This document shows positions 51,384-64,000 of a stretch of 64,000 nt of DNA, in pieces. The translations under genes and the position numbers were made by a program. Positions within the stretch are counted from its first letter, which is position 1. Every line of letters starts with the position of its first letter. Below the pieces are notes generated by a model, which was given only the letters and a program-made list of their open reading frames with translations, did no database searches and was not told the DNA's origin. Origin of the DNA: Adineta vaga (Eukaryota > Animalia > Rotifera); contig CP075494.1 of assembly GCA_021613535.1 (NCBI GenBank), positions 6,014,001 to 6,078,000 on the forward strand, written 5' to 3'.

Positions 51384-53991
51384 TTATTTTTTTTGTTTCT
51401 TTCTTAATTGTTTCAATTGGTTGTCATTTACAATAATTTGTGTATTTGTACTTGCTAATTTTTTACTTCCACCTTCGATGAATAATTGAGCTGTTGCAAT
51501 TTCATTGAAATCTTTTGATAATATAGCTTTTTCTAAACGTTCCGTACCTTCATCAAACATTTTCTGTATTTTTGTTAGATCTTTATAAAGAAAGTTTTGT
51601 TCATCGTATAAATCATGTTCTTTATCATGACTGAAATCTTCTTTAGCTTGTTTATCTTGCATTTTCTCTATTGCTGAACATTTATCTTGTTTCATTTTTA
51701 AATCAATAGAATAACGTGAATGAGCATTTCGAACACTATCAAGAAGATTCTTTGTAATTGGTACATCATGAGGTTTTCCATTACCGAAAAACTTCACTCC
51801 ATCTCTTGTAGAACGTAAACCATTTATTGATTCATCACTTAACAATGAACGATCGTCGGATAGAAGAAGAGCATTTTCACTAAATCCTCTTTCAACATCA
51901 GCATTGCCATGTGATAATGCTAATGCACACTTAACTAATTTAGTTAAGCCAACAAATTTCTCTGCACCTGTATTTGTTCGTAAGGAAAAAATATTTTTCC
52001 AATAATAATCAATTGAATGATATCCATTCGTCTTTTCGAACCATTCATTTGGTATATTTTCATTTTGATATATATACCATTCAGCACTAATACGATCAAT
52101 ATCATTCGGTTGAATAATATGAGGTAAACTTCGTGCAATATTCATAATACTAAGATGAGATGTTTCAGAATCTCGCATAGACGGATGCAAACATCGTAAA
52201 TGTCGAAGTAAATCATTGGTCAATGGTAATGTTTGTAAAAGTTCTATTGTTATCGATGAAAAAATCTTTCGAATTTCAAGAAAAAAATCTTGTTTTTCTT
52301 CTTCAGATAATTTATACAAACACTGACGAGTTGCTTCGCCAATATCTATATCTAAAACGAAAACATAAGAAGTTCAAATCTTCAAAAAATGAACTATGAC
52401 TGACCTGAATCACTTTTCTGATTTTCTTGAACGTGATAAGGAATGTTCATTAATTCATCGAATGATTTATTCTTAAGTAAATTTTCTTTAATAAAACAAG
52501 ATAATAAACGTCGAAATAATTGTTCACATTCATCATATAATAAATGTATCAATGGTTGAGTTTGTTGAAACCAGAGAAGAATCTGTTGATATACATTATC
52601 GTAAAGAAAAACAAGAAAATTCAAACGTATCAATGTTGATTTCGATTGAAAAACTTTCAATATTTGTATATAACGATGATTATTAACTAACACTTTATTA
52701 TTCTTAGGTATAAATTGAAAAAAATATTCATTTAAATTTGTCCATTGTTCAAGAACACGTCGAATTATTGGTCCAATATCTAACCATCGTGTCATAATAA
52801 AACGACGAATAAATTGACCAGCTTTCATTGATAAAGTTTTCGCCACATTGAGATAATCTTCACGACGTGATGGTGAACGACTAAACCAAAAAACGAGATT
52901 ATTCAGAAATTCTTCCGTGGACCAGTTGATATTATCAATGCCTATTTTCAATGAATTATGTATTAAATGCAATGGACACGAACCAATATCAATCAATCCA
53001 ATAGTTGATTTTATTGTTGATGATGATCTTACCAGTAAAAAGAAATCAGAAAAGATGATATTTAACTATTGAGAGGAAACTTATTCTGCTCAATTTTATA
53101 AATGAAGTTATGAAATTAAAAATACGTACTGTTTTTCTCGTTCAAGACGAATTTTTTGATCCATTAGTTTTTCAATAGTTTTATTCACATTGGGGTTGTC
53201 TCTACCTAGAAAACAAAGATCGATAAATTATCTTAGTTTTTTTCATAAAACAAACCAAGCATTAACATTTTAGTTAAATCAATTCCGTCCGCTCGTAATG
53301 TATCAATCATTTTTCGAAAAATGATCTCCGCAGTTGCACGACCAAGAAAAATACTCTTATAATATCGAACAACAATTTCTTGTTTTCTTTCACACCAGTA
53401 CCGAAAATGTAAATCTAACTGTTTTCGTACTCCAACAGTAACTGTTTCGTCAAAAATCAATGTAAATGCTGGTGCTTTCATTAGATCTTGTAACATTGTT
53501 GTTGTAAAATAAGGACCTGTACCATGTGATAGAATATAGGATAATTTTCTTGGTTTAAGTGAAAATTCTTTTACAATAATACTATCAGAAAACATTTGAG
53601 AGAATAATTCTTGAATATGTTGAGAGGAATTGTAACTAAGACCAAGTTTAGCTGTTGCCAATGCCCAATAGATTTCAGCACGTATAACTTTTTCATCAAA
53701 TGTTAAAATATGTTCATGAGTTGTATTGATTTGAAGAGATGATGATGTATTTGTTAGACATATTTGACCAGATTCGATAACATCTTTAAGACATCGAAGA
53801 TGTTTAGGTCGTGTGGAATGTTTATATACATCAGACCAACCACCATTTTTACAACTTTTTTCTTCATTACAAACAGTACATAAAAATGTACTCGTCGTTT
53901 TTCCTTGTTTAAGCCAACGTGAACATAGTTTTTTCGTACTATCAAGTTGATTGTACCATTTCGTACAAAAATGGGTATCTTTTTTAGGCAT
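51384..53991 (-). mobile_element. hAT-superfamily transposase gene, intact, 4 exons (800 aa); no TIRs seen, possibly domesticated
   Basis: BED-like CxxC...H....H; LIFDET; GRDNPNVN; CPLH (CxxH); TRWL; SHGNADVERGFS. Introns 53255-53206, 53129-53028 and 52404-52352 keep the frame. Confidence 0.85.
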
Positions 53992-54174
53992 TCTTCTTTC
54001 CTTCAAAATTCAATTGACGATAGTTAGAAACAAGCCATATCTATCGATAAGAATCGACAACACGTGTTATTTAACGAAAAAAAGAAACAGATAGATAGAT
54101 GTTCGTTAATATAGTCATGATATACAACTTTCAAACATAAATTCTATTTTTTATTCGTATAAAGACAAAATAAA

Positions 54175-55593
54175 TCACAAAAATTTTTGTAGAATTTTAG
54201 CGGTATGTTCAATCATTTCATGAGCTATTTCAAATCTTAATGGACCATATAAGAAAACATGAGCACCATGGAACGCATTTTTAAAATGATGATGATAGAT
54301 ACTTTTATTCAATGATCGTAATCGAGAAGCAAAGATAAAACCTAGAAGAGAAAAAGGAATATTTGAATAAAGCAACATATTCTCTACCTTCATCTCGAAG
54401 TATATCGAATTCAGTTGTAAAAAGAAGAACTTGCGGTAATTGACTTAATTGTTGATCAGAAACAAGTAATGGAGACATTAAAGGTGATATTAAATATTTC
54501 AAATGTTTAATTAAATTTTCATTGCCTTCTCGAGTATCATTCATTTCATGTGATATTGATAAGTATTTATTTGGATCGATTAATGGATAGAGGGTTTTCT
54601 GATCATCAATTGTTACATGTGAATTCAATAAAATATCTCGTGTTATTGGTAATTTTTTTCCAGTTAGAAGAGAAATCATTAAAATGAGATTATCTTCATT
54701 GAGAACACCAAGAACATTCTGTTTTAAATAGGTACGATAGGATGGTAATGTTAAATCTAAGAATTGTAATGAAGGATATAATAAACATAGTAAATAAGGT
54801 TGATATCCATCTTGAATTAATAATTGACTCACAACTAGAGCTAGATTACCACCCGCTGAATCACCAGATAGAATAATTCGACTAGGATTTATTCGATAAT
54901 TCTCACCATTTTCAAATAATTCTCTGCTTACTAATAAACAATCATCTAAACTACTAGGAAATCGATGTTCAGGTGCTAAACGATATCTAAACATACAATA
55001 GTTTCAGTCAATTTATATTCATACACTATTGACTTACTCGACTGCAATAACGATCGTACGTGTTAAATTAGCTAATAAGTAAGTTGCTTGATCATAAGTT
55101 TCAATTGATCCTAAAGCAAATCCACCACCATGAAGATAAATCATAGTAGTTTTTTTCTCCTGACTAATCAATTCTTCGGGTTCATAGATACGAACATTGA
55201 CATTACCAATTTTCCTGTCATAAACCTAGACGAACAACATTTAGAAAAACAATTTCATAGAATCGTTACTTTCAAATGACATTCTGAAAAGCGTTTTTGA
55301 TATAAACCAATTGATAAATAATGAAGATTTCGTATTAAATTAACATGAGTAAACAAATTCAATTCTTCACAAAAACATCCCTATACCAAAAACAACAAAA
55401 GAATTTATTCAACGAAAACTCTAACAAATCTTTTACATACAAATTGATCAATTCGATGAGCCCAGTATGAAAGAAAACGATATTTCCATGGTTGTGGAAA
55501 ATTTTCCGGTAAGGGTTGATAAGTAATTCCAACTAGTAAAACAATGATACTTATCAATAAGAGTAAGACATTGATTCCCGATGATGACTGCAT
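54175..55593 (-). CDS. Arylacetamide deacetylase / NCEH1-like (HSL-family) esterase
   Basis: N-terminal TM; IYLHGGGFALGS; YRLAPEHRFP; GDSAGGNLA; EFDILRDEG; FHG. Confidence 0.92.
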
Positions 55594-56936
55594 TAGTTAT
55601 CTGAATTCTATTTGATTACTGTTGTTGAAGGTTAACTTAAATATCGGACCATAGTCTCATCACATACAACACCTGGATATTTATTCAATTAGTCATTCAA
55701 CAGTATAGAGAACAATAGAATCTCTAGAAAAGAAAAGAGTTATCATATTACTTCGATCTTTATTCAATAGAAGTATTATTATTTTGTTTAATTAAATGTA
55801 CAAAGTCCAAAATGACTGAAAAAAGAAATATTTTTTTTTCTCTCTTCCTTTTTTTTGTAGAGAACCTATGAGGATTATATGAGATGGCGTTTGTTTGATT
55901 TCTATCAGCTGTTCAATACTGTTTTTCTATTGGTTGATTCTAGTAAATATTTATCGATTGGTTATTACAAGTTTTGCGTGGTAGCAGCGATAGCATGTTA
56001 GTTAGAAGGAGATGACCTTCGTTTTGGTTTTTATTTTACAAAAATCGTTTGAGATCTGAAGAATACAAATGTTTTATCGAGTTGTTGTTTGAAAATTGTC
56101 AACTAGATATTCTAAAGTTTTTTTATAATAAATTAGAATTGTGTATATTTACTTCGAATTGTAAATAGAAGACATACGGTCGTTTGGTGCAAAGATTGAA
56201 TTTGTTTTAGAATATTATCTTTTACAAAATTAGAGTAGTTTCCATCGATATTGTTGAATAAAAATTTTACTTTTATTTATAGAGAAATTTCTATCTAAAC
56301 AAACCATCGTATAGGTGCATTATCTTTGCCAATTATTGAATTAACATTTGATTCAAACGTTAAATCAGTTCATCGTTATCATAGCTATGGTAGTCGTTCA
56401 ATTGGTTCGTATTTTTATTACATTCATAGTTCAAAATAAATTCTTTGTTTTTATTTAGAAATCGTCTCTATCAAAAACAAGAAAGCTTGTTAACGATCAT
56501 CAAATGCAGATAGATCGTGGTTGATGCATATTAGATTGTATCTGTAGATTTATTCGAGTCATTGCTATAGGTGGTTGTGGAATATATTGTTTAATTGTGA
56601 TTGCAAATAATTTTTCAATCACTGTATTTTATAGAGTCACAATATTTTTGTTCGAAATGAAAAAAAAACTCCTAGAAAGTTAATGAATGATTCGAAATCT
56701 AGTGAAGAACACGCACTATTCATTTAATTGATCGTCTATCAACTAGATTGTTGTCCATATTATATGAATATCGAACAGTCTCAAAATCGTTTCGATACTA
56801 TGCTTCACAAAAATCACTGTTAGTCATAGAGAGAAGGATTTCATGAAGATTTATTCTTGGTTATTTGATAGTTTTTCACTAAATCAATTGAGAAAAAACG
56901 ATTCGAAATCTTTCTTTTAGATTAATTTACTTTCTA

Positions 56937-57686
56937 ATGGATGCATCAGCATTACTTCTTCTTAAACAATTACGTGAATTAAATCGTCATCCTGTCGAAG
57001 GTATTAGTGCAGGATTAATCGATGAATCAAATCCATATGCATGGAATGTGATTCTCGTTGGACCCACTGATACACTCTATGAAGGTAAAACTTCAATATC
57101 ATCAATGATTTTAAAAATATTTCGTTTTATTTCGAATAGGAGGATTCTTTAAAGCACGATTGGACTTTCCAAAAGATTATCCAATCAAACCACCAAAAAT
57201 GGTAAGAATGCCAATTCGATCGTGGATCTCTTTTTTCTACTGAAAAGAACGTTTCGTTGATATATATTTTAATAGAAATTTGTGTCGGAAATTTGGCATC
57301 CAAATATAGAAAAAAATGGTGATGTATGCATATCGATTGTAAGTTGAATAATTGGATTCTCTTACCTTCAAAAAAAACACAACTGAGTTTTAGCTACATG
57401 AGCCTGGTGTTGATCAGTTTGGTTATGAAAAAGCTTCAGAACGTTGGTCACCTGTTCAATCAGTTGGTAAATAAAGATACACACAAGCAAATTTCATTCC
57501 ATTCTATTGATTTTGTTTTTCTTCTCACATGTAGAATCAATTCTTTTATCAGTTTTATCCATGTTAAGCGATCCAAATTGTGATTCAGCAGCGAATATAG
57601 ATGCATCTGTCATGTGGCGTGATGATCGACCAGCTTTCAAGAAAAAAGTTAGCGAATGTGTAAGAAAAACTCTTGAAGACATGTGA
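56937..57686 (+). CDS. UBE2G1: Ubiquitin-conjugating enzyme E2 G1 (Ubc7 class)
   Basis: SALLLLKQLRELNRHPVEGISAGL, EIWHPNIEKNGDVCISILHEPG...YEKASERWSPVQSVESIL, with the acidic-loop insertion of this class. Confidence 0.95.
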
Positions 57687-58054
57687 TTAGATACGAAGAT
57701 TTGTATACATTTTACTGCAAATATATATACTCGTTTCTTCTGATGTTATCTTTTATTTATATTCATATAAACAGAGAAAAACTACAATAAACAAAATTAG
57801 ATGAAATAGAACGAACTCACACTTGTATTTATCCCATCAAGATATTTTGCAAATCAATTAGTATTTCTCATGAATGAATAATTTTTATATGAAATCTAAA
57901 GAAACAACTATAAAGGTTTTTATTATCGATTAGAATAATTAATAAAGTTAAAGAGACAGACAGAGAGAGAGAGAGAGAGAGAATAAAGTTTGTTAAGATA
58001 AATAAAATAAAATATGTTAGCAAATCTTTTTAATAATTGAAATCTATATGTTGT

Positions 58055-58824
58055 TTAACGTGATCGATTCCAAAATTCATAATATTCTTCAAATGGAAAA
58101 GCACAAAGACCATAAACTGGACGAATACGATGACCAGCAAGTAAATAACATATTTCTTTCTTACCATCAAGATTAGGTAATTGTACATCGATTAAATTTT
58201 GATCTTCTAAATAACCTTCGACCTTAACACGTATACGAATATGTGTTGCATTATGAGGAAGTAATAAATCTCGTTCTTGACCACTTTCAATTGGTACAGC
58301 AATTTCTTGCTCATCTTGAAGATTATTAAGAATGAAATTCAATTTCAAATACGCAAAATATTCGCCAGCATTAAACAAAGAAATACGAACGGGATGTTCT
58401 AATACAGCTGTCGAAGGTGTTACACCTACCAAAAAGTAGTCTTATATTAAAAAGATTTCGTAATCTATACGTTACTTTCTACTGTAGTCGTGTTCTCGTC
58501 TGAAAAATATTTAGAAATGAATCATCATTTTTCCCAAAAAAATATTGAATTATTTACCTGAGTCACTCACCCAATACCATGTTTTTTTTTCTCTCTCCAT
58601 ATTTGTAGGTTTTCGAGCATCAGCATATAATTCTATGAACATAAAACTAATCGAAATCATTTGAATAGAAGATATTTACCTTCTCCCGATTCGCTTGTGT
58701 CTAAATATAAGGAATAATAATCAAAAATTCAGTTTTTCTTTTTGTATAATTTACCTTCAGAGTACTTTGCTGCTGTGATTACCAACAGAAAACATAGAAT
58801 AATCCATCTAGAAATTTCCATCAT
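58055..58824 (-). CDS. Secreted protein with micro-exon N-terminus and a C-terminal domain resembling cholesterol-dependent cytolysin domain 4, 5 exons
   Basis: Signal peptide MMEISRWIILCFLLVITAA; short exons DTSESGE / ELYADARK.../ DENTTTVE; last exon RISLFNAGEYFAYLKLNF...LLLPHNATHIRIRVKVE...CYLLAGHRIRP. Confidence 0.65.
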
Positions 58825-59704
58825 CGTTTGCTTTTTTTTCTATGTAACAATCGTAGATGAAAATAGTTTCAATGAGGTATGTTTACAAAATAAAATCGCC
58901 CGTCACATGAAAGAAAAAACGATTGAAATACACTGAAACCAACATCAAATCGTCACACCTGAATGCTTTTGCTCTACTATGATTGTGTTCTCTGCTGAAT
59001 ACAACGACGAATACACCTACGACAAAATGAATGATCATATCAAATTATACATGGATAGAAAATCCAATGATTGGTCATGTCAATATTTTTCCTCTCACTC
59101 GATTTAGAAATCAAACAGATAGTCTCACAATACAGTGGTATAAAAATTATGCCTACCCTTTGCATCTATTATAAATTATCAAATTTTTTGGAAAATATGT
59201 CATATACATCATCAACATTGCTTTCATCATGACCTACCTATGACTAGACGATGAGAAAAATATTGATTATTCCAGTAACAACAAACTAAATGATTGACAA
59301 ACTACACATACGTCTTATTCCATTCATAGACATAATACTAACTAATTGGAACATGAAAAGAAAACGAATGTTTAACTACGATCAGCTATAGAATAGATCA
59401 AGATTTTCTTTCCTTGATCAACAATTCATTTGAGTTAATAATACAAATACACTTTATCATTGAAATTAATAATTCTGTGTCATCATCGTTGAATAAAATT
59501 GACTAACTGTGTATACTTTTGTTTTACGATATCGAAATAACGTAAGTGTGGGCCTATGATGAAGAAAAACAAAGAATACTGGAATGATTATACTGATAAA
59601 GTTAGATAACAAAATAAACACACCTATAAAAAAAAGAGCCAAACAAAGCTATGTACATTTGATCGTGTTTTTTCGTTTGTTAATTAAATCGAATTTATAA
59701 CATC

Positions 59705-61088
59705 ATGTTTCCCCATATGTCCTTTCACACAGGATTTGGTTTGGTAAAAGTGACTTCTTCATCATTTTCTTTTCGTCACCTTTCCATATTTTAGTCAGTA
59801 CCATATCAACCATATCAAACACAAATTATACCTTCACTTTCAAACGGTACACAAATTCGTGTCAGTGGTACACCAACGGGTAACAGGTAATATCAGCGAT
59901 TGTGAAATCTTTCCTTTTATACTAGCTCATTTAGATTTGAAATCAATCTAAAAAATCATCAAGATGATATTGTTCTACATTTCAATTCACGTTTCGATGA
60001 TCGTGCACTTGTACTTAATAGTGGTATGATCGAAAATATTTTGATTTACACATATGAGAAGATGTTAATTTACATATCGTTTAGCACAACGAGGATCATG
60101 GGGTCAAGAAGAACGTCATTCATTACCATTCCATCAGGGTATGCGGTTTACATTAGTTATTACAGCAACAGATCGTAGTTTCCGAGTGTGTAGTTTTATT
60201 ATGTTATATAAAGTACGTTTTTTTTATATTATTTTTCAATCAGATTTCTGTAAATAATTCACATGTTTGTGAATTTTATCAACGAACACCAATGAATCTT
60301 GCTCAATTAGTCGAAGTTAAAGGTGATATTAAATTAGATTCAGTTCAAGTTACTCCGGCAGCTTTTGGTAGTGCATTTAATAGTCCAGTCAATTTTCCTC
60401 AAATGGGAATGAATATGCCATTTGGTCAACTACCTCAGGCTTCATTCAATATTGGTGGTCTTAATATCGGTTTTGGAACTCCAGTCGCTCCAATACCGTC
60501 ATTTTCAGTAAGTATTTCTATTTTGATTAATAATTTCATCTCTTTTTGTTATTAAATATAGACAGGTGGTGTACCATCGATTCAATCATGTCGAATACAT
60601 CCAGGTTCTCGCATTTTTGTTCGCGGTTCTATCCCTTCAAGTGCCAAACGATTTGAACTTAATTTACTGCAAGGTCATAATGATAATGATGATATTGCTT
60701 TTCATTTCAATCCTCGATTTGATACTCGACAAATTGTTAAAAATCATCGACTACATGGTCAATGGGGTCACGAAGAAAATCAACCTTTTCCGACATACAT
60801 GCCTTTGACGCCAGGTACGCAAATCGATTTACAAATTTCATGTAATCATGATAGATATACTGTAAGTGATATATTTAATTGTAGTAGAAAAAAGAAATGT
60901 TTATTATCTTAGATTTATATGAATAATCAACTAATTGCCGAATATTTTCATAAGACTCCACCTGGTTCGGTAAGTTTTCTTGCACAACTCATGTTGAAAT
61001 TTTCTTCTCTATGAAAAAATATGATGTTTAGGTTATGGCTCTACAATATAAAGGTGATATTACGGTGACAAGTGTTGGTCAAATGTAA
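59705..61088 (+). CDS. Tandem-repeat (bi-CRD) galectin A
   Basis: CRD1 HFNSRFDDRALVLNS...WGQEER; Pro/Gly/Phe-rich linker; CRD2 FHFNPRFDTRQIVKN...WGHEEN. Confidence 0.92.
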
Positions 61089-62132
61089 AGAGAATGTCAT
61101 ATTGTTTTCTTTTTAATTACAACGTACTTCATTTGATTTTTGTCTTCGCAATATTTTTTATATCTAGTCTGAAATGATGTTTTCTATTGCCGAATAAATA
61201 TTTATATGACATGATCATATCTTTACTCTCATTCGAAATCCATGCGAAAGACAAAATAAACAAATTTTTTTTCATGTGTCGAAAGTATACGACAAGATTT
61301 TATTTTGCCTTTGGTCGAAGATATATTGTTACAATATACGAATTGCCTAAATCATCATTGAAAGAGTGCAATTTATTCACATACTATTTTTGTTTGTTTT
61401 GTCGTGTACTTCTATATAATGGAGCATCTCGAATCTCGTCCAACTTTCAAACCTGTAATCTAAAGAGATAATATTGGACATTAAATATTCTAATAAATCA
61501 GATGAATAATCGACTGCAATTAATAACAAGTTTATCTAATACATCTTCGTTCGTATTTGTCATTTCTATGTTTGAACAGTTTTGCGTAGAAAACGAATTC
61601 TCTTATCGAACAGAAAAAAAAGCAATGTTTTATTACATCTTATGCGACACGATCCAACAGAAATATTGCAGTTTATCAAGAACAACTTGACGCACTACTA
61701 TAATCATTCTCTATTCTGATATCTATCACCACCTGAAATGTTGACTAGCTCAGTCTAAAGTCTATATATTTGTAATGAGTAAATCTATTGTGAAAATACA
61801 ACATCATTCATATGTACTTTTTAACCATTTGTATTATTTTATTTTTCTCTGGCCAGGTTGGTTTGTTGTCTTTCTGATAACGTTGCTAGCTGGCATGAAG
61901 GACTACTAAAGCATCTATGTATACTTAAGTATTTTTTTTCTGTATTTGTCTTGTTTGACGTACGAGATAACAGTCAAATATTGTGAATAAGTGTTCTGTC
62001 ATCTTATCTCCTTCTGGTTTGTTCTCTAGAATCAGCGAGATGATTATATAAATCAACTCAAATGCTTTTTCTTCCACATTAGTTTTTTTTTTACACACCT
62101 ACAACAACTTTAACACATTCTCTTCTATCATA

Positions 62133-63378
62133 ATGGGTCAAGTACGTAAAATTCTATATTAATGAACAAATTAAATCTATCGAATGTTTCTTTCTAGCAA
62201 GCTGGTCATCATCAACATTTCGTAAGTTCCTTTTTATTTCATGTATATAGTTAAAAGAAACCAGTTGGATTTATTAGGGTGTTCCTTATGAAGCATCAAT
62301 TCAACCACCAATTAGTTATGGTACTCAAATTCATGTTTACGGTACTGCTTATGGTGATCGGTAAGTGAAGGAACTTTATTGAATTATGGTTAACCTTGAC
62401 TTTAATTTCGAAAAGATTCGAAATCAATTTGGCTAATAATCGTGGTGATGTTATTTTACATGTCAATCCACGTTTGAATGATCGTCAATTAGTTTTAAAT
62501 GCCGCACCAGGTGGTGGTTGGGGTGGTGAAGATCGTAAACCATTAAATATAACCCGTGGTCATCAATTCAGTATTATTATTATGGTTACTGAACAATGCT
62601 TCAAAGTAAAATAATGATTTGTCAATTCATTCCCTTACTGATCTCTCGACTTCGTTTCTTTTTCAGATTGCTGTTAATAATCAACATACAGCTGATTTTC
62701 ATCATCGAATGCCATTTCAAAGTGCTGAGCTTGTAACTGTGAAAGGTGATGTTAATTTAACAAATGTTCAAATCTACGCCGGTATGGGTGGTCAACATGG
62801 TCAACCATGGCGATTTGCTATGGTATGAAAGTGTCTTTATCTTGTTCTATATTTCAATTATATTTTTGTAGGAAACACCAGTACCAATGAACGTCTTTCC
62901 TGGTAAGTTATATTTCTTGTCCAAATCAAATGATTCATCTATAGAAAATCTTTAGGTCGTATTATAACTATCAATGGTCGAGTAAATAACAATGCTTCAC
63001 GATTTGAATTCAATTTATTAGCTGGAAATTACAACGGAGCTGATGTTGTTTTTCATTTCAATCCACGTTTCGATCAACGCGAAGCTGTTCGTAATTCATG
63101 TCAAGGTGGTGGCTGGGGCAACGAAGAAAAACAAGGAGGATTTCCATTACAGAGTGGACAACAATTTGAAATTCAAATTATTTGCTTTCCTCAACATTAT
63201 CAAGTAAAATCAAATCTAAAATCTTGTTCATTCATTTGTATCTATCTTATATTTCTTTGTATAGATCAATTGCAATGGTCAACCATGGTTCACATTTCCT
63301 CATCGTATCCCATATCAAAATGTTCAAGCATTACAAGTCAAAGGGGATGTTCAAATTTCAAATGTTTATGCTATGTAA
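62133..63378 (+). CDS. Tandem-repeat (bi-CRD) galectin B, short linker
   Basis: CRD1 LHVNPRLNDRQLVLN...WGGEDR; CRD2 FHFNPRFDQREAVRNS...WGNEEK; micro-exons MGQ| and QAGHHQHF|. Confidence 0.92.
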
Positions 63379-63822
63379 ACAAACATTGTGATAACAAATT
63401 CATTTTAAAGAATAAAATTGTCCTTAGGAATTTTAGAAACAGATACTATATATATATACTTGTTTTTTACAAGCATCTGTTAATCTTTATATTATATCCA
63501 TAAAGAGCAGTTTTATTCGAAAATCAATATAAGATATAGGCGATTTCATAGATGTCGTCTCTTGGTCTGGGAATTTTCCAGTTACTCATTTATCTTTCCC
63601 TCCTTTGCATCTTTTGATTTTTCCCTGCGTATCATTGAAAGAAACGATAAAAAAAATGATTTAGTCCAAAACTTTAGTCAATACGATTCATTGTTAGGCA
63701 GAAATGTGTGATCATCTTCGACGACGTAATAACAACAGAACATATAAATATTAGTGTCTAAAACGAATCATTCATTCATTCATTTCGTACATATCTAATA
63801 CAGTGACAAGGAAGAAGAGAAT

Positions 63823-64000
63823 ATGTCCTCAATAGTTTATTCCTTCCATTGGGTGCGAATATCACGTGATGCAGAAAAAAATCGTTTTACTGAAGAAACA
63901 TCATTATCAACAACGAATGCAACGGAATCAAAAATTACATCAGTCTCATGTTTCAATAAAATATTCAAATATCCAAGAACTCACACGGAACAAAATTGGG
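63823..64000 (+). CDS. Possible 5' part of a gene running off the window
   Basis: An ATG after a CAG acceptor (63801-03) opens MSSIVYSFHWVRISRDAEKNRF..., with no stop before the window end. Confidence 0.35.
   Translation, partial: MSSIVYSFHWVRISRDAEKNRFTEETSLSTTNATESKITSVSCFNKIFKYPRTHTEQNW

Noticed and set aside
51290-54128. Possible transposon TIR: GTTGTATAACAT (51290) versus the reverse complement of 54117-54128
   Set aside because: Only 11/12 nt in AT-rich DNA, with no hAT-type terminus and no 8-bp TSD seen.
55959-55975. Resemblance of GGTTATTACAAG to the bdelloid spliced-leader exon
   Set aside because: Only ~9 nt match from memory, with no following GT donor or Sm-site structure.
1-64000. 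CRISPR arrays, rRNA, prokaryotic operons or contamination
   Set aside because: No repeat-spacer arrays or rRNA-like segments were seen. Most foreign-looking genes carry spliceosomal introns and are interleaved with metazoan genes.

Overview
AT-rich, gene-dense eukaryotic DNA with many short (~48-65 nt) GT-AG introns. The gene content includes metazoan core genes, an ADP-ribosyltransferase/TPR gene, a Cys-rich two-TM repeat gene and several genes of apparent non-metazoan type. This fits a bdelloid rotifer best (inference). I can support about 29 protein-coding loci and one tRNA-Thr(TGT). Core genes: Serinc, cyclin E, PTGES2, GPD1, ZSWIM2, TMEM242, ABCC10, COLGALT, CDC40, RNF4-like, NXF1, AADAC-like, UBE2G1 and two tandem-repeat galectins. 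Top observation: the three 'separate' ~435-aa ORFs at 20.0-24.0 kb splice in frame through two phase-1 introns into one ~1290-aa chain. It holds three homologous TM1 / 12-Cys ectodomain / TM2 units, a candidate natural single-chain pseudo-trimeric channel of DEG/ENaC/P2X/PAC-like architecture. Other highlights: the conserved nxf1 'cassette intron' with internal repeats; a same-strand gene nested in the predicted first intron of TMEM242; operon-like gene spacing with AG|ATG acceptors; an intact intron-containing hAT transposase without visible TIRs; an ART-TPR gene broken by three in-frame stops; and several horizontal-transfer candidates (S1/P1 nuclease, fungal-type dCMP deaminase, cytolysin domain-4-like protein, prokaryote-like PH protein, ML protein). 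All family calls come from recognising motifs by eye; no searches were run.
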